DNA from: Octopus vulgaris
Lineage: Eukaryota
Direction of reading: 5' to 3'
Assembly: GCA_951406725.2 (NCBI GenBank)
Contig: OX597814.1
Location: 37,386,001 to 37,450,000, forward strand
Length of the DNA stretch: 64,000 nucleotides
Under the pieces are notes generated by a model. It was not told the origin of the DNA, made no database searches, and saw only the letters and a program-made list of their open reading frames with translations. Within the stretch, counting starts at the first letter, position 1; the number at the start of each line of letters is the position of its first letter. This document shows, piece by piece, positions 1-12,853 of this stretch. A program made the translations under genes and the position numbers.

Positions 1-842
1 TCGCCAGGTTGTTTTGGGTAGAGCAACGCGCTCGAGCGTGGGGAGTCCCTTAAACACTTCCTCGCCGGTGGGCCGCGACTCTCGGTACGTGAGTCGGAAT
101 GCTGTGAATAACCGATTATACCTATGGAGATCAAAGAGTTGTTGGCCAGTTGTGACGGGGCAAGTCACCGGGGATGGATGGTATACCCTATGAGTTTTAT
201 CGTAGCATGCCGGACTTGTTCGGGGTCCTGCTGGCAGGCGTCGACACAAACTGGCATCAGAATGAATCGGGAAGTGGTGACGCTGATCCAGAAGTATCCG
301 AGCAAGTAGGACAGTATAAGTAATTACAGGCTCATAACTCTACTCAATGTAGAGTTAAAGGTTTTGGCCCAGTTGTTTGCAAAATGGTTGACGCTTGTAG
401 GGAAGGCGCAGATATGCGCCATTCCAGGCAGGTCGATCCAGGCGTCTTCACCTTATACGCTACACCTTTGACAGGTTGGATAAATTAACCGGCAAAAGTG
501 GGGCACTGGTCGATTTAGACCAAAGTAAAGCATTTGATAGGGTAGAGCACCAGTTCCTAGTAGCGGTCCTCGAAGCGGCTGGGCGGGCCCCAGATTTCCG
601 CAGGTGGATCTCCGCAATGTATAGCGGCATCAAATCCACAGTTCCAGGAAACTGACACCTGTCGGAGCCGTTTTCGATCAAGCGCTAAGTTCGTCAAGGT
701 GTACCCTGTCTCCACCTCTGTACATATTGGCTCTTGAGCCATTACTGCGGAGGCTGAAGAATTTGGGGTGCACCCCTAATGAAATCAGATGCGGTTACTC
801 CATCACTGCTTATGCAGATGATGTCACCATCATCGTGAACAT
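1..842 (+). mobile_element. L1/Tx1-clade non-LTR retrotransposon reverse transcriptase fragment (decayed)
   Basis: Manual translation across frames gives PGxDGIPYEFY, NYRLITLLNVELKVLA, AIPGRSIQ, DLDQSKAFDRVEH, VRQG.PxSP, ALEPLL and AYADDVT (RT motifs), with stops and frameshifts. Confidence 0.9.
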
Positions 843-3189
843 GAGGCGGAGGCATGGGGAAAATTTGACAAGAACAAGTAAAACTTCGGCATTTTTCGCA
901 TTAGCCGTTGTGGCATTAATTTGACGAAAAGTGCCGAAATTTGACGAAAAATATTTCATTGGTATAAGCAGACAGCTTATACACAGTAATCGATATAGCA
1001 TTTGCTAATTCTTCATTTCAATGTGAATTGTTTTGATTTGCTAAACCATATTATTTCAATTCGTTGTTTTAATTCCCCAGTGTTTCACATTTTGATTAGT
1101 TAAGAGCATTTTATTTCTCAAGAAAAATTTAGGTATTTTGCGCATTAGCCGTCGTGACATCACTTTTATGAAATCTGCCCCAAAGCGTAAAATTTCGCCA
1201 TTTTATGCACATGCACAAAAATGACGACGACACGGGTTCACTACAAGATTCTGCTCATTTTTTCGTCAAATTGGTCCTACTCATTATAGATTTTAAACTT
1301 TTGAAAAATGACAAAAAATGCTTCATGGCTATAAACAGACATCTTATTAGCGGTACTGTATTACCAGGTACCTCATCTAGTGTATATATATAAACAGTTT
1401 CATAAAAGATAAACTAGTATTATGCAAACCAGCAGTTCTTCAACAAGGCCAAATTTGATATGGCAGAAAACAATCCTGCAGTGACCAACCTCAATTTTCT
1501 GGCGGAATAATGTACAGCAGACTACAATAGTCTCATGTTTACTATGTATTAAGAGATTTTCCTTGTATGTAGGCGCCCAAATAAAAGATCGCCCATTATT
1601 TCGTGTATATAACTTTCGGTAAAATTCCTTTTCAGGTGAGGAAAGCGTTTTAAATTAAAAGTGATCAACATTAATTTTCCCTATAATTATGAGATTAGGA
1701 TTGTAAAGTTTGCCACTTTTGCAGAGAAATTTATTTTTATTTGCTACTTCATATTGAGTCGACTTTGTTATTTGAACATACGAATCATGATGTCGAGTTG
1801 ATAAATCTTTCCTAAGAAATGCAGAAACTATCTTTTATCTTGAAAACAAGCAGATCTCCATTCGCCATGTTGAACAACTGAACTCAACACCTTTTATTCC
1901 TTTTCTCTGTATTTATTTACTCTTGTTCCTTTCTGTCGGAAAGTGTAGACTCGAGATTTAAAATACTTTTCACGAGCATCACGCTAATACACTCGCTTGT
2001 TGCTCCTACACCTGTTTCTGTCTTTGCTTTTCTATAAATTTGAACTACATGTACAAAACACGGATATGTTTCTCAATTGCACATGTTTTTAAACAACAAT
2101 TCTATATGCTTACTTATTGGACAAAAAATGTACATGAAGTAACTACAAAAATATTCTTCGTTTGCTTGTGATAAATACTTTGAAATATAATTAAAAGTTG
2201 TCATACAGAAATAGCCTGCAAGGAACTAGATCTAGATCAAGATATAGAAAATCTAACATAAATTTACCAGCAATAAATCCAATGAAGTGAAATTATTTTC
2301 AAAACATATATCAGATAACACATTTAACCAAACAACAAGAAACCAATAGCTGACACAATTAATGGTAGCGGTGATAAATCAAAACAATTGCTGTAAACGG
2401 AGATGTAACATGTGCATTATACATAATTAGAAAGTGTGAAAGACAAGGTTAATAAGACAGAGAGAGAGAGAGAGTGAATACAAAACAAAATAAAAAACAA
2501 AAAAATAAAAAAAAATAGTGAGAGCAGGTTTGTATCTCGAACGTTTTACAGATAATCCTAAAGCAAATCAATATTGACGTTATGAGAAACACAATTTTCA
2601 GTTTATAAATAATGCCAAAGATGTGAAAAGTGCGTACAGTGAGTTGAATGTCAACGTGTTTGCTTATCAAAACATAATGTAGGCAGAAAGAAAAAATGCC
2701 AACAATAGTCGTGATATACAAATTTAAATTTTGAAAACACTCCACATATTTGTTTTGTTAATAAAAGATGTTATCTACCACATAAATGTATCTTTATTTA
2801 CGTTAGTGGCATCATCAAGAAGTTTCCCTATTTCATTATTAAGAATTTGACTAGCATCTGAAAGTATATCTTTCAGGAGCTATAAAGTATAATAAAAATT
2901 AAACTTAGTTGGAAAGGCTTCCAAAACTGAAACGTTTGTTGATGTCATTGCCCAATGATCAGATTCACTGTTTACAGCATTCCACAGATAAATAGTTAAT
3001 TAATGTTACATGTTGGATTGTTGCCTGTGCTATCATTAACGTTAAATGTGAAATTTTACATTTTGGTTTCAGAGGAATAATTATTTTGCCACAGCAATAT
3101 TAAAGTTACTAAATATTCAGTATAGAGTTTCTTGTGTTTATTGTACATTCATCACCTCATTAATCCTAATTTTCAACAACTGAGCAATC

Positions 3190-3465
3190 CTGCTGCTGCT
3201 ACTACTAGAATTACTACTGCTGCTGCTACTACTAGAATTACTACTGCTGCTGCTGCTGCTGCTAATACTACTACTATTACTACTACTACTACTACTACTA
3301 CTACTACCACGACGACGACGACCACCACCACCACCACCACCACGGCGAAGACGGTGACGGTAACAACAACGCCGTAACCAGCACCACCACCAGCACCACC
3401 ACCAACAACAACAACTGAACAACAACAACAATAATTATTAATAATAATAATAATAATAATAACAA
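3190..3465. repeat. compound trinucleotide microsatellite (CTG/CTA/ACG/ACC/AAC/AAT)
   Basis: Directly visible. Confidence 0.95.
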
Positions 3466-3524
3466 CTGTCCTGATGCAGTACCAGGATGCATAAATATCC
3501 CTGAGAATTGGAATTTGACAGGGA

Positions 3525-4270
3525 ATGAAGTAGAGAAATGAAAGCGAAAAGTAAGGAGTTTATCAGAAGGTTTATGTAGTTAATGAAGTCAAAGAATATA
3601 GTGATGGCTGTAAATACTTGTGCAGCATAATAACTTAGATATGCGGCAGCTATAGGCTGAAATGAGAATTCGGCTGCTATAGGCTGAAATAAGAATTAGC
3701 AAATGAAGTATAGAATGAAATATGAATTAGAAGAAATGGGAAGGAACTTTACACTAAAGCTGGAGTAGCGAGACAGTATTTACCTAAGATGAAAGTTGAT
3801 ATAGATATAAAACTATAGAATTAGCTAGTGTATATATAACTTCCTAAGTAGGGAATAGTAATGAAATTTTATCAAGAGCTGCTTGAGTAACAGTAAGAGA
3901 AAGGGAAACCAAAAGGTCAAATACAGCAAAAAAGCAAAAAAAAAAAAAAAAACAGAAAAAAAGAAGGAAGGCGATTATTCAGTGGTTGCAGAAAATCAGA
4001 ATAGAAAGTGCCACGTGATTGGCTTTACTGTTCCACTTGATGAGAAATTCAATATGTGACGAACAGAGAAAATGACAAAGTACCAGGACCACACATGAAG
4101 TGCAGAGGCTATATAAAGTGTATCCCTGTAGTTATGGGTGTATTTAAGAAGCATTTCTAAAGATTTGAACAAACGGATACAGGAAACCGGTTTAAAATCT
4201 TGTTTTTTGCTACTCTAGACATAAGTATTATTAAAGAAATGTTAGGGAAGTACTTGGGATCTAATGTTAC
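3525..4270 (+). mobile_element. heavily decayed R4/Dong-like (RLE) retrotransposon fragment
   Basis: Remnant peptides KEFIRR..LMKSK..NIVMAVNTCA..LRYAA and VPLDE...EKMTKYQD..IPVVMG resemble the better copies at 8.5-9.3 and 20-22 kb. Confidence 0.6.
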
Positions 4271-4339
4271 TTATTTTACGCCGATGTTAGAAATTTCTTT
4301 CCAACCGTCATGCGATTTGCGTAAATAAGATAATTATAG

Positions 4340-4882
4340 AATGCCAGGCACTGTCTCTCATGGCATTTGATCTTAACTGATAGAAAGTGTTATCATGTAT
4401 ATTGTTTTGTCTTGGTATAAAAGACAGACTACAGTAAACATTGTGCTCAATACCACAGATTTGCTTGTCACTTGTTTAATCTTAAGGAGAAGAGCATGTC
4501 ACTTTGTGGCTGACAATATATGCATCTCTGATCACGAGCAGAAGTAGTGGGGGAGCATCATAGCTATGTGTTAAGAGGAATGTTTTGAAGTTTGAATTAT
4601 TCACCTCTCGAAACATGGGTGTTTCATTCAACATCCTTAAACCGCACTTATTCATGGATATTTCGAGGCGGATGGGCTACTCGACGGAAGAAAATTCCCA
4701 CTGGGTCCCACCTGCAATGTCATGTTTAACTTGATTTGAGTTCACCATGTCACGCACATATCGTTGTAGTGTATGTGTCTAGTGTACCATTATCAGACGT
4801 GTGGTAATGATGGTTATATTGGCCTTCATATATTTGTACCCAAGTGTCCCTTTGATGGCATGCGCTGCTCTTTCACTCAACA
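4340..4882 (+). mobile_element. non-coding interspersed repeat associated with (AAT)n
   Basis: Related sequence recurs at 3466-3487 (+), 37150-37297 (+) and about 59500-59675 (-). Confidence 0.75.
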
Positions 4883-6618
4883 ACGTGATTTGTGTAAGTA
4901 CAGTCATAAGACAAACATGCATTTAATTTGTAATTAACTTCAAAGGGAATAAAAAAATCCAAATTCTTCGGTTGTAACTCCATTTAATAATGTGATTCAT
5001 GACTGAAGTTACGTTTTAACTACCGCTATGTTTTGTGTAGGTACTATGAAATTACGTTGTGAGACCGTTCTCCGATCTGCAGATTGTATAATATGTGATT
5101 GATTTGAATGCATCTTGACTTTCCTTGCTCCCGAGTGAGTAGGGAACCTTTCTGTTTCTGTACTTTTCTATTCTTCCCTTGGCCACTGGTCTCTGAGAGA
5201 AATTTCATGAAATCTTCTAGCCATTGTTATTAATTTTACATAAGTATCTTGTCAGACTCAACAATATTCTATTCATCATTAGTAGCTCACTGAACAATAT
5301 GAGGTTTATTATATGGTTATACAGCTCCTTACTCATCGGGTTGAAGTGGAAGAATCACTGCGAAATGGCTGATGCGTATACGGATATTAATCAGCGCTGA
5401 TGAATAAAGTAAAAAAATTGTGGTCAATATTTTCAGAACGTTTTTTGCATACACTGCAGGTGGCGTCGACTGCTTGTTTGCCTCGCGTACACTAATTCAC
5501 TTCCCTTATGCCATCAATTCGCCTGAATACATGCTACCCATCAGAATATTCTGTGTAATTTATCACAATAATTATGGAAAATTAATAAAGACACATTTGG
5601 TTACTATTAATTATTAAATATCGCTTCTCACATTGATAATAAAGAAAATCGATATTGAATTAATTTTAGCAGACAATATGAATTACAATTCTGATGTCCG
5701 TACATCCAGGCATTGTGTTTATATCTTGCGTTGTCGATAAAATACAAAATAATGATGAACTAAATTCGAATTCATGGATTAATTTACAATTATTGGCCAT
5801 CTTTCTGATCAAAAGGTATCACTATCTGTGAGGTGTAACACAACAATCTAAACAAATACCAATTACTTGTTTGATAATTTGTTATCCTTATTAAAAAGGA
5901 TGTCAGACACCACTTAAAATATTAGTCTGTAAAATCAGGAAGTTCATGGCTCTTCTAAATAGTAATTTTTGAATGAGACAAATCTATTTTTGTTTGCTTT
6001 TAGCTCCGAGTCTAATTTAGTCAAGTCGACGTATTCACAGACGCCATTCTGTCATATATTGTGTGTGTTATTTTGCATCTAGGGGATGATGATGCTATAT
6101 GCTATCGCGGAAATGCTTAGTTATTTCTCTACTATTTCTTGTATATACAGACTCAATTTTTCAGATTTCCTTTCATTGATGTGTTCGGTCTTCTAAGATA
6201 TCACACTGATATTATTTCAAAATATGGACTATATGGTATAATATTCCTATAACCGTTAAGGAATAGATTCAAATAATCAAAGTTGACATTTTTGAAATTT
6301 AACCTTAAAGCAAACGTAAATGAAAATGATGAAGCTGTGCTACATGTTAGATCTATGTACGTTGCAGCACAAATTAGTAATCGTGGTGCATAATGCATCT
6401 AGAATTTGTACTGTATAAATTTTGTTTACTTATAGGATGAAGTTATAGCAAATACAAAATATCTTCAGCCGTTATTTTCAGTTTTTAATTAACCGTTATA
6501 ATCTGTATCACAATAGATTGTAAAGAAAAAAATGTGATACAGGTGAGGCATATTTTCCGGTGATAAGTATGTATGGTACATAGATTTCATGTATTGCGAT
6601 TACACACACACACGGACG

Positions 6619-6683
<65 letters not shown>

Positions 6684-7309
6684 GCTTATATATATAGTTA
6701 AATTAACAGATAATACACAAACACACACGTATGTACACATATACGCATTGCTATATATATGTGTGTGTAGAACGATACTTAATAAAATAGAAATATAGCA
6801 GTAATATAATTTATTATCTACAAAAATCCAACATATTCACATAGAGCTATTTCAGTTAAGCACAAAAGATTAAATAGTAATAATTAAATTATAATATTAG
6901 GCAACATCTTATCAGAGAGGTTGAAAAGGTATACCGTTAGGTTATTAGGTGTTGTGTTCTCGAATCACCACAGCAGACTGAATATTACTTACTGATAAAA
7001 TTGGTATAAACCTGGGTGAGTGGGGTATTAGTTGTTTAGTTTATCCGTTACCTACGGGTAGTTTGCATTGAGATGCATTAATCATGGTTTCTATTGAAAA
7101 GAAAATGATTTGTCACCATTTAGGTATATATAATATACGGTTCCGTGATAGAAAATCTATTACAAAAATTACTCCATAAAATATTATTTATTCAAAGGTA
7201 ACATGACATGCCTTTAAGTGCTACTAATAGTTCATACGTTGAGAACTAAGAGAAAATTCATCAGACACATACACGCTTACATACACATGAACACATGTGT
7301 GCGTATGTA

Positions 7310-7372
<63 letters not shown>

Positions 7373-7373
7373 A

Positions 7374-7453
<80 letters not shown>

Positions 7454-7923
7454 TACAAGCATAGAAATGTATATGCGTAGATGTATCAAACTAAGGTTAC
7501 AGAACAAACAAATGCAAGGTCATCCACATAACATCTCATATCTCATATTTATGACACAACGGAAGATGAAACATAACTCATCTGTACAAGCATATAATAA
7601 AGTGCGAGAAAAATGTGTGAATACAGTTCATCACGGTTAATGTTAATACTTTAGCGATTAAGAAATATATATTTTTTTTAAAAACATTACAACACCTAGA
7701 AAATAAATACGTAAAAATATAGTATAAAGTAATATATAAATATATAGGTATATAAAATATATAAAAAATATATATAGGAAGCATAATAATATGTAATATA
7801 TAATATATAATGTAAAACTAAAAGTTCATCGTTTAGAACATCTTTTAAAAATTACTTTTCAAATAAAGGTAACCTATAGTTAAAAACCAGTGTCCAAGCA
7901 AAAAGGGAGAAACCATATTTACA

Positions 7924-8005
7924 TTCCCTATGGCCATTTCAGGGGTACATTACTGTATTTAAATCACTAGGGTGCATCACAATAATAACTCCTTCGTCAG
8001 GGTAA
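7924..8005 (-). ncRNA. type I hammerhead ribozyme with extended helix II
   Basis: Minus strand reads ttacc CTGACGA aggagt-tattattgt...acagtaatgt-acccct GAAA tggcca TA gggaa. Helices I and II pair; helix III is the palindrome ATGGCCAT. Confidence 0.75.
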
Positions 8006-8091
8006 ACAATAGAGAGACAGACATCTTCCTGTACCGGGGCGAGGCCTCCTTAACTAAATGCGTAAATATATATAGGTGTATACACACACAA

Positions 8092-8125
<34 letters not shown>

Positions 8126-8376
8126 ACGCAAACACACATATATATACGCAAAACGGAAGAAAGGATAAAGTGGAGAATTTCAGCTGAAGAATGTTTATGT
8201 GTAAATATATAGCTATGCAAAGAAGTTCAAAGTCGTAAATCCCTTAACTTCTCTGCATTAAGATATGCAATGTAAGATCTACCCTCCAGGCTTCATCAAG
8301 TGTATTGGGGAAATTTCGAAACTGGGTTCTCATTCGAAAGGTATTTTTGATGTTTTTGTTGTTGTTGATGTTGTTG

Positions 8377-8476
<100 letters not shown>

Positions 8477-8492
8477 TATTATTATTATTATT

Positions 8493-9422
<930 letters not shown>

Positions 9423-9430
9423 CATTATTA

Positions 9431-9582
9431 TTCAGGTCACTGCCTGGAATCGAACTCAGAATCTTGGGGTCAGTAGTATTTCGCGCTTTTATCCACAACG
9501 CCATATGTCCGTGGGCGTAGTCGTTAAGAGCACGGGATACTAACCCCAAGATTAGGAGTTCGATTTCCGGCAGTGACCCGAA
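9431..9582. mobile_element. two divergent tRNA-derived (Pol III A/B box) heads
   Basis: Plus copy tgggcgtagtcg...gagttcgatttcc; minus copy tggcgttgtgg...gagttcgattcc. Confidence 0.75.
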
Positions 9583-11473
9583 TAACAACAGTAATAATAA
9601 TAAAAATATTTATTATTATAATAACAACAACATCGAAAAATACCATAGGAATGAGAACCCAGTTTCGAAATTTACCCAGGCTAGAGGGTATATGAGACGA
9701 AACGTTGTGTTAACAACGAACAAGATGAGTAGAAATATCCGTTAAATGTAAATAATATAAATAGTGTATATATGTATTTGTACACACAGAGAGACACACA
9801 CACATATGCAAATGTGAGAATGCGTGTGCTGGGGTTGAGAATTGAATGTGTAGTGAATAGGTAATACTTATTTGAAAATTCTCGGTGATTCAAAGTTGTA
9901 TAAATTTTTAAACATGTCCACAAGGTAAATTGGCATAATATTTCAGATGGTATTAAGAATAATTGCGACATTTATATTCCGTTGTTTAATACGTGTATAT
10001 TTTTTCTGGCGAAATTTTTTCACGTGATCAGTGTTTCTTCGCATACTTATATATGACATATTTTGTGTTCTTTTACTATAAACAGAAAATGTTATACAGT
10101 TTTATATCATCACTACCACGTACATTTATTATGCAAGCTTGGCGTAAATGTATTTAATGGCAATAGTTCTTGAACTGAGAACTTCAGACAACCTAAAATT
10201 ATCAAAAATAATATATATTCTGTTGTGAGTGATTAGATAAAGAATCTGATCTCCTTTCAAGTAAGGTTGGAGGCCCATTCTATGATGCAAAGTGTCCTGT
10301 TTTCAGCTATTTTCAAATTTGCTGTTGTTTCAGACGTTATTTGTTATTTGAGTTTCAAAACTATTTTTGCGAAAGACACGGATATTCCACTTCCAGTGAT
10401 TAAAATTAATTTTTTTGAAAGGCACAGTTTTGATTTTGTTTTTTAGTAGTTATATTTATATATTTCTATCAGTGACATCCGGATTATTATTCATCGTAAT
10501 ATATGTAATAGAATTAGTAAGAAACATTCCCCAGAAGTTCAGTTAAGATGATATATATTTATATATATATGATGATTTATCGAGTGTGTAAATATGACTA
10601 ATACCATTAAGGCTATTTTCAGGAGAACCATGCACTTCAAACTACGATCCCTGTTCTCAGGAACACCATATTCTTATCTGAGTAAATGGAAATAAAATAT
10701 GCATTTTCACTAAACATGATTCAATTCAGGTTTTGAGTGTTGCATAAGAAAATAATCAGGCGTTATCTGTGACTCTGTGTGACTGTGTATTTTGTCTGTG
10801 TATGCATCTGTGTGTTGTGAGTTTACACATATAAACACACTTATACACACACATACACTCACACATACACCCATACTCACGCGTGCACAGGCACATGCAT
10901 ATACATACATATTCCTCTTGCCTCCCTTAGCTACACTCTCCATGCCTGTACTTTTCCATCACTGTTCTTCTTAGTTCTATCCAGAAAGGACTGATGAAAG
11001 TAGTATTAATTCCCCTGGTACATCACTTTTTCTGGACCGACCAATGTGCCGATCGTTTAACATATCAATGTCGAACCTAGAACGACAACTTGAAATAGCA
11101 GTAAGTCAAATTCATTCCACAATACACAAAAGTACGTAATAACCATTATTTATGTGTGTGTGTGTGTGTGTATGGATATGCATAAATATATATATACCTA
11201 TAGGAGCAGACACAACAAAATTATGTGAATTTATATTTCAAATATAATTCTTAATGATTGAATACCATGGAAATTGGTTATCATTTTTTTTTCATGTAAC
11301 AAGTAATGTCTGCTGAAGGCCTTTGTAATTCACAGCACGCCATTGAACGCTTTCATTAAACCTCGTTCAATCTTCCTATGAACAGAGTTCTCTCGTTGAG
11401 TTACTTAAAACTTATGGTGAATATCTCTTTCACTCTCTTCCTCTTTCTCTCTCCCGCTTACTGTATATATATG

Positions 11474-11565
<92 letters not shown>

Positions 11566-12349
11566 AGAGAGAGTGAGAGATTATATGTGCGTTTGTGTGT
11601 GTTTATGTATTATGCAGATAATATGTATTCAGATTGGAAACTTTACAGAAATATGTTTGTAATCGTTTTAAAGAGCCAGTTGGTTTTTGTTGTATACTTC
11701 ACTGTGAACTGGAGACAAACTGTCGATGTACGCTGCTCCATAGACTTACAATAATTATTGGCTGTTTATTAACCTACTATTAATGATTTATACAACAAAC
11801 ACACTTCACATTATTTGCCAGAGAAATTTAAAACAAATTATATACACCGTTGCTGCGACCAAGCATGAGAGAAGAAAACGGTGATGATGTTAGTAATGAT
11901 GACGATGATGATGATGAGGATGAGGATGATGATGTCAACGACGATATCGGCGACAACGGCGATGATGGCCATGGAAGTATTGTTGAATAGGCTTCTAATA
12001 ATATATTCAATAGCAACACTATATATTCTCTATGCCGGTAATAACCTGAAAGCCGATTGAGCGTCGATTCTCATGGTATTAATATGTGTTTTGTGTGGTA
12101 GTGGTTATCGTTTATGTTTGTGAGGTAATAGGCATTGAAATAACTAATTATAAGCTAAATCTCTAGATTAAAGATTGTGAAAGTAATTATAATGATTATC
12201 ATAATACATTTTATCTGAACTATGTATTTGATGATATTTAAATACTGAGCTAAATAAAAATCAGAAAAGTCGCAGTAGGCAAGCAGAAGAAGATGTCGGA
12301 GTGAGAAGGAAACGACGAAGAATACAAATAAAGGGAAGAAGACAAGGTG

Positions 12350-12373
12350 AAGTAGTAGTAGTAGTAATAATAA

Positions 12374-12432
<59 letters not shown>

Positions 12433-12508
12433 ATATTAGTAGTAGTAGTAATAGTAGCAGCAGCAGCAGCAGTAGTAGCAGCAGCAGTAGTTATAGTAGT
12501 AGTAGTAC

Positions 12509-12555
<47 letters not shown>

Positions 12556-12853
12556 ACGGCGGCGGCGGTGGTGCAAGGAGAAGAAGAAGAAGAAGAAGAA
12601 GAAGAAGAAGAAGAAGAAGAAGAAGAAGAAGGGGAAGAAGAAGAAGAGGAAGTAGAAGAAGAAGAAGAGGATAAGGAAGAAGAAGAAGAAGAAGAAGAAG
12701 AAGGGGAAGAAGAAGAAGAGGAAGTAGAAGAAGAAGAAGAGGATAAGGAAGAAGAAGAAGAAGAAGAAGAAGAAGAAGAAGAAGAAGAAGAAGAAGAAGA
12801 AGAAGAAGAAGAAGAAGAAGAAGAAGAAGAAGAAGAAGAAGAAGAAGAAGAAA
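12350..12853. repeat. compound (GTA)n/(GCA)n/(GAA)n microsatellite with an internal duplicated unit
   Basis: Directly visible. Confidence 0.95.

Noticed and set aside
9512-9582. Functional tRNA gene
   Set aside because: It has A/B boxes but no convincing acceptor stem or cloverleaf; it is a SINE-type head.
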